Below are positions 22,190 through 34,100 of a stretch of 64,000 nucleotides of DNA, in pieces. The position numbers and the translations under genes are program-made. Numbering within the stretch: the first letter of the stretch is position 1; each line of letters opens with the position of its first letter. The DNA comes from Eledone cirrhosa (lineage: Eukaryota). The notes beneath the pieces were generated by a model, which saw only the letters and a program-made list of their open reading frames with translations, was not told where the DNA came from and searched no databases. The stretch spans positions 128,154,001-128,218,000 of the forward strand of contig OZ024744.1 in the NCBI GenBank assembly GCA_964016885.1, given 5' to 3'.

Positions 22190-25100
22190 AAGTTGGGGTT
22201 AACTTAAGTTGGGGTTAATTTGGGGTTAAGTTAAGTTGGGGTTAAATTAAGTTGGGGGTTAGTTAAGTTGGGGCAAGTTAAGTTGGGGTTAATTTAAGTT
22301 GGGGTTAAGTTAAGTTGGGGTTATGTTAAGTTGGGGTTAAGTTAAGTTGGGGTTAAGTTAAGTTGGGGGTAAGTTAAGTTGGGGTTAAGTTAAGTTGGGG
22401 GTAAGTTAAGTTGAGGGTAAGTTAAGTTGGGGTTAAGTTAAGTTGGGGTTAAATTAAGTTGAGGTTAAGTTAAGTTGGGGTTAAGTTAAGTTGGGGGTAA
22501 GATAAGTTGGGGGTAAGATAAGTTGGGGTTAACTTAAGTTGGGGTTAAGTTAAGTTGGGGTTAATTTAAGTTGGGGTTAAGTTAAGTTGGGGTTAAGATA
22601 AGTTGGGGTTAAGTTAAGTTGGGGTTAAGTTAAGTTGGGGTTGAGTTAATTTGGGGTTAAGTTAAGTTGGGGTTAACTTAAGTTGGGGTTAAGTTGGGGT
22701 TAAGTTAAGTTGGGGGTAGGTTAAGTTGGGGGCAAGTTTAGTTGGGGTTAAGTTAAGTTGGGGTTACGTTAAGTTGGGCTTAAGTTAAGTCGGGGTTAAG
22801 TTAAGTTGGGGTTAAGTTAAGTTGGGTTTAAGTTAAGTTGGGGCTAAGTTAAGTTGGAGCTAAGTTAAGTTGGGGCTGAGTTAAGTTGGGGGTAAGTTAA
22901 GTTGGGGTTAAGTTGAGTTGGGGTTCAGTTAAGTTGGGGTTAAGTTAAGTTGGGGTTAAGTTAAGCTGGGGTTAAGTTAAGTTGGGGTTAAGTTAAGTTG
23001 GGGTAAGTTAAGTTGGGGTTAAGTTAAGTTGGGGTTGAGTTAAGTTGGGGTTGAGTTAAGTTGGGGTTAAGTTAAGTTGGGGTTAAGTTAAGTTGGGGTT
23101 AAGTTAAGTTGGGGTTAAGTTAAGTTGGGGTTAAGTTAAGTTAGGGTTAAGTTAAGTTGGGGTTAAGTTAAGTTGGGGTTAAATTAAGTTGGGGTTAAGT
23201 TAAGTTGGGGTTAAGTTAAGTTGGGGTTAAGTTAAGTTAGGGTTAATTTCAGTTGGGGTTATGTTAAGTTGGGGTTAAGTTAAGTTGGGGTTAAGTTAAA
23301 GTTGGGGTTAAGTTAAGTTGGCGTAAAGTTAAGTTAGGGTTAAGTTAAGTTGGGGTTAAGTTAAGTTGGGGTTAAATTAAGTTGGGGTTAAGTTAAGTTG
23401 GGGTTAAGTTAAGTTAGGGTTAAATTAAGTTGGGGTTCAGTTAAGTTGGGGTTAAATTAAGTTGGGGTTAAGTTAAGTTGGGGTTAGTTAAGTTGGGGTT
23501 AAGTTAAGTTGGCGTTAAGTTAAGTTGGGGTTAAGTTAAGTTGGCGTTAAGTTAAGTTGGGGTTAAGTTAAGTTGGGGTTAAGTTAAGTTGGGGTTAATT
23601 TAAGTTGGGGTTAAGTTAAGTTGGGGTTAAGTTAAGTTGGAGTTAAGTCAAGTTGGTGTTAAGTCAAGTTGGGGTTAAGTCAAGTTGGGGTTAAGTCAAG
23701 TTGGGGTTAAGTTAAGTTGGGGTTAATTTAAGTTGGGGTTAAGTTAAGTTGGGGGTAAGTTAAGTTGGGTGTAAGTTAAGTTGGGGTTAAGTTAAGTTGG
23801 GGTTCAGTTCAGTTGGGGTTAAGTTAAGTTGGGGTTAAGTTAAGCTGGGGGTAAGTTAAGTTGGGGTTAAGTTAAGTTGGGGTTAAGTTAAGTTGGGGTT
23901 AAGTTAAGTTGGGGTTCAGTTAAGTTGGGGTTAAGTTAATTTGGGGCTGAGTTAAGTTGGGGTTAAGTTAAGTTCGGGTTGAGTTAAGTTGGGGTTAAGT
24001 TAAGTTGGGGTTAAGTTAAGTTGGGGTTAAGTTAAGTTGGGGTTAAGATAAGTTGGGGTTAAGTTAAGTTGGGGTTAATTTAAGTTGGGGTTGAGTTAAT
24101 TTGGGTTTAAGTTAAGTTAGCCTTAACTTAAGTTGGGGTTAAGTTAAGTTGGGGTTAAGTTAAGTTGGGGGTAAGTTAAGTTGGGGGCAAGTTAAGTTGG
24201 GGTTAACTTAAGTTGGGGTTAATTTGGGGTTAAGTTAAGTTGGGGTTAAATTAAGTTGGGGGTTAGTTAAGTTGGGGCAAGTTAAGTTGGGGTTAATTTA
24301 AGTTGGGGTTAAGTTAAGTTGGGGTTATGTTAAGTTGGGGTTAAGTTAAGTTGGGGTTAAGTTAAGTTGGGGTTAAGTTAAGTTGGGGGTAAGTTAAGTT
24401 GAGGGTAAGTTAAGTTGGGGTTAAGTTAAGTTGGGGTTAAATTAAGTTGAGGTTAAGTTAAGTTGGGGTTAAGTTAAGTTGGGGGTAAGATAAGTTGGGG
24501 GTAAGATAAGTTGGGGTTAACTTAAGTTGGGGTTAAGTTAAGTTGGGGTTAATTTAAGTTGGGGTTAAGTTAAGTTGGGGTTAAGATAAGTTGGGGTTAA
24601 GTTAAGTTGGGGTTAAGTTAAGTTGGGGTTGAGTTAATTTGGGGTTAAGTTAAGTTGGGGTTAACTTAAGTTGGGGTTAAGTTGGGGTTAAGTTAAGTTG
24701 GGGGTAGGTTAAGTTGGGGGCAAGTTTAGTTGGGGTTAAGTTAAGTTGGGGTTACGTTAAGTTGGGCGTAAGTTAAGTCGGGGTTAAGTTAAGTTGGGGT
24801 TAAGTTAAGTTGGGTTTAAGTTAAGTTGGGGCTAAGTTAAGTTGGAGCTAAGTTAAGTTGGGGCTGAGTTAAGTTGGGGGTAAGTTAAGTTGGGGTTAAG
24901 TTAAGTTGGGGTTCAGTTAAGTTGGGGTTAAGTTAAGTTGGGGTTAAGTTAAGCTGGGGTTAAGTTAAGTTGGGGTTAAGTTAAGTTGGGGTAAGTTAAG
25001 TTGGGGTTAAGTTAAGTTGGGGTTGAGTTAAGTTGGGGTTGAGTTAAGTTGGGGTTAAGTTAAGTTGGGGTTAAGTTAAGTTGGGGTTAAGTTAAGTTGG

Positions 25101-26530
25101 GGTTAAGTTAAGTTGGGGTTAAGTTAAGTTGGGGGTAAGTTAAGTTGGGGGCAAGTTAAGTTGGGGTTAAGTTAAGTTGGGGTTAAGTTAAGTTAGGGTT
25201 AATTTCAGTTGGGGTTATGTTAAGTTGGGGTTAAGTTAAGTTGGGGTTAAGTTAAAGTTGGGGTTAAGTTAAGTTGGGGTAAAGTTAAGTTAGGGTTAAG
25301 TTAAGTTGGGGTTAAGTTAAGTTGGGGTTAAATTAAGTTGGGGTTAAGTTAAGTTGGGGTTAAGTTAAGCTGGGGTTAAATTAAGTTGGGGTTCAGTTAA
25401 GTTGGCGTTAAATTAATTTGGGGTTAAGTTAAGTTGGGGTTAGTTAAGTTGGGGTTAAGTTAAGTTGGGGTTAAGTTAAGTTGGGGTTAAGTTAAGTTGG
25501 GGTTAAATTAAGTTGGGGTTAAGTTAAGTTGGGGTTAAGTTAAGTTGGGGTTAAGTTAAGTTAGGGTTAATTTCAGTTGGGGTTATGTTAAGTTGGGGTT
25601 AAGTTAAGTTGGGGTTAAGTTAAAGTTGGGGTTAAGTTAAGTTGGCGTAAAGTTAAGTTAGGGTTAAGTTAAGTTGGGGTTAAGTTAAGTTGGGGTTAAA
25701 TTAAGTTGGGGTTAAGTTAAGTTGGGGTTAAGTTAAGTTAGGGTTAAATTAAGTTGGGGTTCAGTTAAGTTGGGGTTAAATTAAGTTGGGGTTAAGTTAA
25801 GTTGGGGTTAGTTAAGTTGGGGTTAAGTTAAGTTGGCGTTAAGTTAAGTTGGGGTTAAGTTAAGTTGGCGTTAAGTTAAGTTGGGGTTAAGTTAAGTTGG
25901 GGTTAAGTTAAGTTGGGGTTAATTTAAGTTGGGGTTAAGTTAAGTTGGGGTTAAGTTAAGTTGGAGTTAAGTCAAGTTGGTGTTAAGTCAAGTTGGGGTT
26001 AAGTCAAGTTGGGGTTAAGTCAAGTTGGGGTTAAGTTAAGTTGGGGTTAATTTAAGTTGGGGTTAAGTTAAGTTGGGGGTAAGTTAAGTTGGGTGTAAGT
26101 TAAGTTGGGGTTAAGTTAAGTTGGGGTTCAGTTCAGTTGGGGTTAAGTTAAGTTGGGGTTAAGTTAAGCTGGGGGTAAGTTAAGTTGGGGTTAAGTTAAG
26201 TTGGGGTTAAGTTAAGTTGGGGTTAAGTTAAGTTGGGGTTCAGTTAAGTTGGGGTTAAGTTAATTTGGGGCTGAGTTAAGTTGGGGTTAAGTTAAGTTCG
26301 GGTTGAGTTAAGTTGGGGTTAAGTTAAGTTGGGGTTAAGTTAAGTTGGGGTTAAGTTAAGTTGGGGTTAAGATAAGTTGGGGTTAAGTTAAGTTGGGGTT
26401 AATTTAAGTTGGGGTTGAGTTAATTTGGGTTTAAGTTAAGTTAGCCTTAACTTAAGTTGGGGTTAAGTTAAGTTGGGGTTAAGTTAAGTTGGGGGTAAGT
26501 TAAGTTGGGGGCAAGTTAAGTTGGGGTTAA
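22190..26530 (+). repeat. Tandem duplication of about 2.0-2.3 kb specific to macro-unit A; the first copy is about 336 bp shorter internally
   Basis: AACTTAAGTTGGGGTTAATTTGGGG at 22201/24205 (+2,004), CAAGTTTAG at 22733/24721 (+1,988) and AGCC at 24119/26443 (+2,324). Only one copy is present in macro-unit B (56979, 58717). Confidence 0.85.
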
Positions 26531-28174
26531 TTTAAGTTGGGGTTAAGTTAAGTTGGGGTTAAGTTAAGTTGAGGGTAAGTTAAGTTGAGGTTAAGTTAAT
26601 TTGGAGTTAAGTTAAGTTGGGGGTAAGTTAAGTTGGGGGTAAGTTAAGTTGGGGTTAAGTTAAGTTGGGGTTAAATTAAGTTGAGGTTAAGTTAATTTGG
26701 GGTTAAGTTAAGTTAGGGTTAATTTCAGTTGGGGTTAAGTTAAGTTGGGGTTAAGTTAAGTTAGGGTTAATTTAAGTTGGGGTTATGTTAAGTTGGGGTT
26801 AAGTTAAGTTGGGGTTAAGTTAAGTTGGTGTTAAATAAAGTTGGGGTTAAGTTAAGTTGTGGGTTAAGTTAAGTTGGGGTTAAGTTAAGTTGGGGTTAAG
26901 TTAAGTTGGTGTTAAGTAAAGTTGGGCTTAAGTTAAGTTGGGTTTGAGTTAAGTTGGGGCTAAGTTAAGTTAGGGCTAAGTTAAGTTGGGGTTAAGTTAA
27001 GTTGGGGCTAGGTTAAGTTGGGTCTAAGTTAAGTTGGGGTTAAGTTAAGTTGGGGTTAAATTAAGTTGGGGTTAAATTAAGTTGGGGTTAAGTTAAGTTG
27101 GGGTTAAGCTAAGTTGGGGTTAAGTTAATTTGCAGTTAAGTTAGGTTGTGGGTTAAGTTAAGTTGGGGGTAAGTTAAGTTGGGGGTAAGTTAAGTTGGGG
27201 TTAATTTAAGTTGGCGTTAATTTAACTTGGGGTAAAGTTAAGTTGGGGTTAAGTTAAGTTGGGGTTAAGTTAAGTTGGGGTTAAGTTAAGTTGGGGTTAA
27301 GTCAAGTTGGGGTTAAGTCAAGTTGGGGTTAAGTCAAGTTGGGGTTAAGTTACGTTGGGGTTAAGTTAAGTTGGGGGTAAGTTAAGTTGGGTGTAAGTTA
27401 AGTTGGGGTTAAGTTAAAATGTGGTTAAGTTCAGTTGGGGTTAAGTTAAGTTGGGGTTAAGTTAAGTTGGGGGTAAGTTAAGTTGGGGGCAAGTTAAGTT
27501 GGGGTTAAGTTAAGTTGGGGTTAAGTTAAGTTGGGGTTAAGTTAAGTTGGGGTTAAGTTAAGTTAGGGTTAATTTCAGTTGGGGTTATGTTAAGTTGGGG
27601 TTAAGTTAAGTTGGGGTTAAGTTAAAGTTGGGGTTAAGTTAAGTTGGGGTAAAGTTAAGTTAGGGTTAAGTTGAGTTGGGGTTAAGTTAAGTTGGGGTTA
27701 AATTAAGTTGGGGTTAAGTTAAGTTGTGGTTAAGGTAAGTTGGGGTTAAATTAAGTTGGGGTTCAGTTAAGTTGGGGTTAATTTAAGTTGGGGTTAAGTT
27801 AAGTTGGGGTTAGTTAAGTTGGGGTTAAGTTAAGTTGGGGTTAAGTTAAGTTGGGGTTAAGTTAAGTTGGGGTTAAGTTAAGTTGGCGTTAAGTTAAGTT
27901 GGGGTTAAGTTAAGTTGGGGCTAAATTAAGTTGGGGTTAAGTTAAGTTGGGGTTAATTTAAGCTGGGGTTAAGTTAAGTTGGGGTTAAGTTAAGTTGGAG
28001 TTAAGTCAAGTTGGGGTTAAGTCAAGTTGCGGTTAAGTCAAGTTGGGGTTAAGTCAAGTTGGGGTTAAGTTAAGTTGGGGTTAAGTTAAGTTGGGGTTAA
28101 CTTAAGTTGGGGTTAAGTTGGGGTTAAGTTAAGTTGGGGTTAAATTAAGTTGGGGGTTAGTTAAGTTGGGGCAA

Positions 28175-31100
28175 GTTAAGTTGGGGTTAATTTAAGTTGG
28201 GGTTAAGTTAAGTTGGGGTTATGTTAAGTTGGGGTTAAGTTAAGTTGGGGTTAAGTTAAGTTGGGGGTAAGTTAAGTTGGGGTTAAGTTAAGTTGGGGGT
28301 AAGTTAAGTTGAGGGTAAGTTAAGTTGGGGTTAAGTTAAGTTGGGGTTAAATTAAGTTGAGGTTAAGTTAAGTTGGGGTTAAGTTAAGTTGGGGGTAAGA
28401 TAAGTTGGGGGTAAGATAAGTTGGGGCTAAGTTAAGTTGGGGCTAAGTCAAGTTGGGGTTAATTCAAGTTGAGGTTAACTTAAGTTGGGGTTAAGTTAAG
28501 TTGGGGTTAAGTTAAGTTGGGGTTAAGGTAAGTTGGGGTTATGTTAAGTTGGGGCTATGTTAAGTTGGGGCTAAGTTAAGTTGGGGCTGAGTTAAGTTGG
28601 GGTTAAGTTAAGTTGGGGTTGAGTTAAGTTGGGGTTAAGTTAAGTTGGGATTAAGTTAAGTTGGGGTTAAGTTAAGTTCGGCTTGAGTTAAGTTGGGGTT
28701 AAGTTAAGTTGGGGTTAATTTAAGTTGGGGTTAAGTTAAGTTGGGGTTAAGATAAGTTGGGGTTAAGTTAAGTTGGGGTTAAGTTAAGTTGGGGTTGAGT
28801 TAATTTGGGGTTAAGTTGGGGTTGAGTTAAGTTGGGGGTAGGTTAAGTTGGGGGCAAGTTTAGTTGGGGTTAAGTTAAGTTGGGGTTACGTTAAGTTGGG
28901 CGTAAGTTAAGTCGGGGTTAAGTTAAGTTGGGGTTAAGTTAAGTTGGGTTTAAGTTAAGTTGGGGCTAAGTTAAGTTGGAGCTAAGTTAAGTTGGGGCTG
29001 AGTTAAGTTGGGGGTAAGTTAAGTTGGGGTTAAGTTAAGTTGGGGTTCAGTTCAGTTGGGGTTAAGTTAAGTTGGGGTTAAGTTAAGCTGGGGTTAAGTT
29101 AAGTTGGGGTTAAGTTAAGTTGGGGTTAAGTTAAGTTGGGGTTAAGTTAAGTTGGGGTTGAGTTAAGTTGGGGTTGAGTTAAGTTGGGGTTAAGTTAAGT
29201 TGGGGTTAAGTTAAGTTGGGGTTAAGTTAAGTTGGGGTTAAGTTAAGTTGGGGGTAAGTTAAGTTGGGGGCAAGTTAAGTTGGGGTTAAGTTAAGTTGGG
29301 GTTAAGTTAAGTTGGGGTTAAGTTAAGGTAGGGTTAATTAAAGTTGGGGTTATGTTAAGTTGGGGTTAAGTTAAGTTGGGGTTAAGTTAAAGTTGGGGTT
29401 AAGTTAAGTTGGGGTAAAGTTAAGTTAGGGTTAAGTTAAGTTGGGGATAAGTTAAGTTGGGGTTAAATTAAGTTGGGGTTAAGTTAAGTTGGGGTTAAGT
29501 TAAGTTGGGGTTAAATTAAGTTGGGGTTCAGTTAAGTTGGGGTTAAATTAAGTTGGGGTTAAGTTAAGTTGGGGTTAGTTAAGTTGGGGTTAAGTTAAGT
29601 TGGGGTTAAGTTAAGTTGGGGTTAAGTTAAGTTGGGGTTAAATTAAGTTGGGGTTAAGTTAAGTTGGGGTTAAGTTAAGTTGGGGTTAAGTTAAGTTAGG
29701 GTTAATTTCAGTTGGGGTTATGTTAAGTTGGGGTTAAGTTAAGTTGGGGTTAAGTTAAAGTTGGGGTTAAGTTAAGTTGGCGTAAAGTTAAGTTAGGGTT
29801 AAGTTAAGTTGGGGTTAAGTTAAGTTGGGGTTAAATTAAGTTGGGGTTAAGTTAAGTTGGGGTTAAGTTAAGTTGGGGTTAAATTAAGTTGGGGTTCAGT
29901 TAAGTTGGGGTTAAATTAAGTTGGGGTTAAGTTAAGTTGGGGTTAGTTAAGTTGGGGTTAAGTTAAGTTGGCGTTAAGTTAAGTTGGGGTTAAGTTAAGT
30001 TGGCGTTAATTTAAGTTGGGGTTAAGTTAAGTTGGGGTTAAGTTAAGTTGGGGTTAAGTTAAGTTGGGGTTAATTTAAGTTGGGGTTAAGTTAAGTTGGG
30101 GTTAAGTTAAGTTGGAGTTAAGTCAAGTTGGTGTTAAGTCAAGTTGGGGTTAAGTCAAGTTGGGGTTAAGTCAAGTTGGGGTTAAGTTAAGTTGGGGTTA
30201 AGTTAAGTTGGGGTTAAGTTAAGTTGGGGGTAAGTTAAGTTGGGTGTAAGTTAAGTTGGGGTAAGTTAAGTTGGGGTTCAGTTCAGTTGGGGTTAAGTTA
30301 AGTTGGGGTTAAGTTAAGCTGGGGGTAAGTTAAGTTGGGGTTAAGTTAAGTTGGGGTTAAGTTAAGTTGGGGTTAAGTTAAGTTGGGGTTCAGTTAAGTT
30401 GGGGTTAAGTTAATTTGGGGCTGAGTTAAGTTGGGGTTAAGTTAAGTTCGGGTTGAGTTAAGTTGGGGTTAAGTTAAGTTGGGGTTAAGTTAAGTTGGGG
30501 TTAAGTTAAGTTGGGGTTAAGATAAGTTGGGGTTAAGTTAAGTTGGGGTTAATTTAAGTTGGGGTTGAGTTAATTTGGGTTTAAGTTAAGTTGGCCTTAA
30601 CTTAAGTTGGGGTTAAGTTAAGTTGGGGTTAAGTTAAGTTGGGGGTAAGTTAAGTTGGGGGCAAGTTAAGTTGGGGTTAATTTAAGTTGGGGTTAAGTTA
30701 AGTTGGGGTTAAGTTAAGTTGGGGGTAACTTAAGTTGGGGTTAAGTTAAGTTGAGGGTAAGTTAAGTTGAGGTTAAGTTAAGTTGGGGTTAAGTTAAGTT
30801 GGGGGTAAGTTAAGTTGGGGGTAAGTTAAGTTGGGGTTAAGTTAAGTTGGGGTTAAATTAAGTTGAGGTTAAGTTAATTTGGGGTTAAGTTAAGTTGGGG
30901 TTAAGTTAAGTTGGGGGTAAGATAAGTTGGGGCTAAGTTAAGTTGGGGCTAAGTCAAGTTGGGGTTAAGTCAAGTTGGGGTTAAGTCAAGTTGAGGTTAA
31001 CTTAAGTTGGGGTTAAGTTAAGTTGGGGTTAAGTTAAGTTGGGGTTAACGTAAGTTGGGGTTAAGTTAAGTTGGGGCTAAGTTAAGTTGGGGCTAAGTTA

Positions 31101-34100
31101 AGTTGGGGCTGAGTTAAGTTGGGGTTAAGTTGGGGTTGAGTTAAGTTGGGGTTAAGTTAAGTTGGGATTAAGTTAAGTTGGGGTTAAGTTAAGTTCGGGT
31201 TGAGTTAAGTTGGGGTTAAGTTAAGTCGGGGTTAAGTTAAGTTGGGGTTAAGTTAAGTTGGGTTTAAGTTAAGTTGGGGCTAAGTTAAGTTGGGGCTAAG
31301 TTAAATTGGGGCTGAGTTAAGTTGGGGGTAAGTTAAGTTGGGTGTAAGTTAAGTTGGGGTTAAGTTAAGTTGGGGTTAAGTTAAGCTGGGGTTAAGTTAA
31401 GTTGGGGTTAAGTTAAGTTGGGGTTAAGTTAAGTTGGGGTTGAGTTAAGTTGGGGTTGAGTTAAGTTGGGGTTAATTTAAGTTGGGGTTAAGTTAAGTTG
31501 GGGTTAAGTTAAGTTGGGGTTAAGTTAAGTTGGGGGTAAGTTAAGTTGGGGGCAAGTTAAGTTGGGGTTAAGTTAAGTTGGGGTTAAGTTAAGTTGGGGT
31601 TAAGTTAAGTTAGGGTTAATTTAAGTTGGGGTTATGTTAAGTTGGGGTTAAGTTAAGTTGGGGTTAAGTTAAGTTGGTGTTAAGTAAAGTTGGGGTTAAG
31701 TTAAGTTGTGGGTTAAGTTAAGTTGGGGTTAAGTTAAGTTGGGGTTAAGTTAAGTTGGTGTTAAGTAAAGTTGGGCTTAAGTTAAGTTGGGTTTGAGTTA
31801 AGTTGGGGCTAAGTTAAGTTAGGGCTAAGTTAAGTTGGGGTTAAGTTAAGTTGGGGCTAGGTTAAGTTGGGTCTAAGTTAAGTTGGGGTTAAGTTAAGTT
31901 GGGGTTAAGTTAAGTTGGGGTTAAATTAAGTTGGGGTTAAGTTAAGTTGGGGTTAAGCTAAGTTGGGGTTAAGTTAATTTGCGGTTAAGTTAGGTTGTGG
32001 GTTAAGTTAAGTTGGGGGTAAGTTAAGTTGGGGGTAAGTTAAGTTGGGGTTAATTTAAGTTGGGGTTAAGTTAAGTTGGGGTTAAGTTAAGTTGGGGTTA
32101 AGTTAAGTTGGCGTTAAGTTAACTTGGGGTAAAGTTAAGTTGGGGTTAAGTTAAGTTGGGGTTAAGTTAAGTTGGGGTTAAGTCAAGTTGGGGTTAAGTC
32201 AAGTTGGGGTTAAGTCAAGTTGGGGTTAAGTTAAGTTGGGGTTAAGTTAAGTTGGGGGTAAGTTAAGTTGGGTGTAAGTTAAGTTGGGGTTAAGTTAAAA
32301 TGTGGTTAAGTTCAGTTGGGGTTAAGTTAAGTTGGGGTTAAGTTAAGTTGGGGGTAAGTTAAGTTGGGGGCAAGTTAAGTTGGGGTTAAGTTAAGTTGGG
32401 GTTAAGTTAAGTTGGGGTTAAGTTAAGTTGGGGTCAAGTTAAGTTGGGGTTAAGTTAAGTTAGGATTAATTTCAGTTGGGGTTATGTTAAGTTGGGGTTA
32501 AGTTAAGTTGGGGTTAATTTAAAGTTGGGGTTAAGTTAAGTTGGGGTAAAGTTAAGTTAGGGTTAAGTTAAGTTGGGGTTAAGTTAAGTTGGGGTTAAAT
32601 TAAGTTGGGGTTAAGTTAAGTTGGGGTTAAGTTAAGTTGGGGTTAAATTAAGTTGGGGTTCAGTTAAGTTGGGTTTAAATTAAGTTGGGCTTAAGTTAAG
32701 TTGGGGTTAGTTAAGTTGGGGTTAAGTTAAGTTGGGGTTAAGTTAAGTTGGGGTTAAGTTAAATTGGGGTTAAGTTAAGTTGGGGTTAAGTTAAGTTGGG
32801 GTTAATTTAAGTTGGGGTTAAGTTAAGTTGGGGTTAAGTTAAGTTGGAGTTAAGTCAAGTTGGGGTTAAATCAAGTTGCGGTTAAGTCAAGTTGCGGTTA
32901 AGTCAAGTTGGGGTTAAGTCAAGTTGGGGTTAAGTTAAGTTGGGGTTAAGTTAAGTTGGGGTTAAGTTAAGTTGGGGTCAAGTTAAGTTGGGGTTAAGTT
33001 AAGTTAGGATTAATTTCAGTTGGGGTTATGTTAAGTTGGGGTTAAGTTAAGTTGGGGTTAATTTAAAGTTGGGGTTAAGTTAAGTTGGGGTAAAGTTAAG
33101 TTAGGGTTAAGTTAAGTTGGGGTTAAGTTAAGTTGGGGTTAAATTAAGTTGGGGTTAAGTTAAGTTGGGGTTAAGTTAAGTTGGGGTTAAATTAAGTTGG
33201 GGTTCAGTTAAGTTGGGTTTAAATTAAGTTGGGGTTAAGTTAAGTTGGGGTTAGTTAAGTTGGGGTTAAGTTAAGTTGGGGTTAAGTTAAGTTGGGGTTA
33301 AGTTAAGTTGGGGTTAAGTTAAGTTGGCGTTAAGTTAAGTTGGGGTTAAGTTAAGTTGGGGTTAAATTAAGTTGGGGTTAAGTTAAGTTGGGGTTAATTT
33401 AAGTTGGGGTTAAGTTAAGTTGGGGTTAAGTTAAGTTGGAGTTAAGTCAAGTTGGGGTTAAGTCAAGTTGCGGTTAAGTCAAGTTGGGGTTAAGTCAAGT
33501 TGGGGTTAAGTTAAGTTGGGGTTAAGTTAAGTTGGTGTTAAGTTAAGTTGGGGGTAAGTTAAGTTGGGTGTAAGTTAAGTTGGGGTTAAGTTAAGTTGGG
33601 GTTCAGTTCAGTTGGGGTTAAGTTGGGGTTAAGTTAAGCTGGGGGTAAGTTAAGTTGGGGTTAAGTTAAGTTGGGGTTAAGTTAAGTTGGGGTTAAGTTA
33701 AGTTGGGTTTAAGTTAAGTTGGAGTTAAGTTAAGTTGGAGTTAAGTTAAGTTGGGGTTAAGCTAAGTTGGGGTTAAGCTAAGTTGGGGTTAAGTTAATTT
33801 GGGGCTGAGTTAAGTTGGGGTTAAGTTAAGTTCGGGTTGAGTTAAGTTGGGGTTAAGTTAAGTTGGGGTTAAGTTAAGTTGGGGTTAAGTTAAGTTGGGG
33901 TTAAGATAAGTTGGGGTTAAGTTAAGTTGGGGTTAATTTAAGTTGGGGTTGAGTTAATTTGGGTTTAAGTTAAGTTGGGCTTAACTTTAGTTGGGGTTAA
34001 GTTGGGGTTAAGTTAAGTTGGGGTTAAGTTAAGTTGGGGGTAAGTTAAGTTGGGGGCAAGTTAAGTTGGGGTTAATTTAAGTTGGGGTTAAGTTAAGTTG

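Larger units (their letters stand above)
1780..30592 (+). repeat. Macro-unit copy A (28,813 bp GGCC to GGCC; about 21.7 kb after removing its private 5,112-bp and ~2.0-kb duplications)
   Basis: Rare markers are collinear with copy B: ATGTGG 3662/40229, GATG 11237/47804, TCTAG 18127/52261, TTGCGGCAAG 18271/52405, ATGTGG 21617/55783 and 27419/59613, AGCC 26443/58717, GGCC 30593/62787. The boundary is placed arbitrarily at the GGCC marker. Confidence 0.85.
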
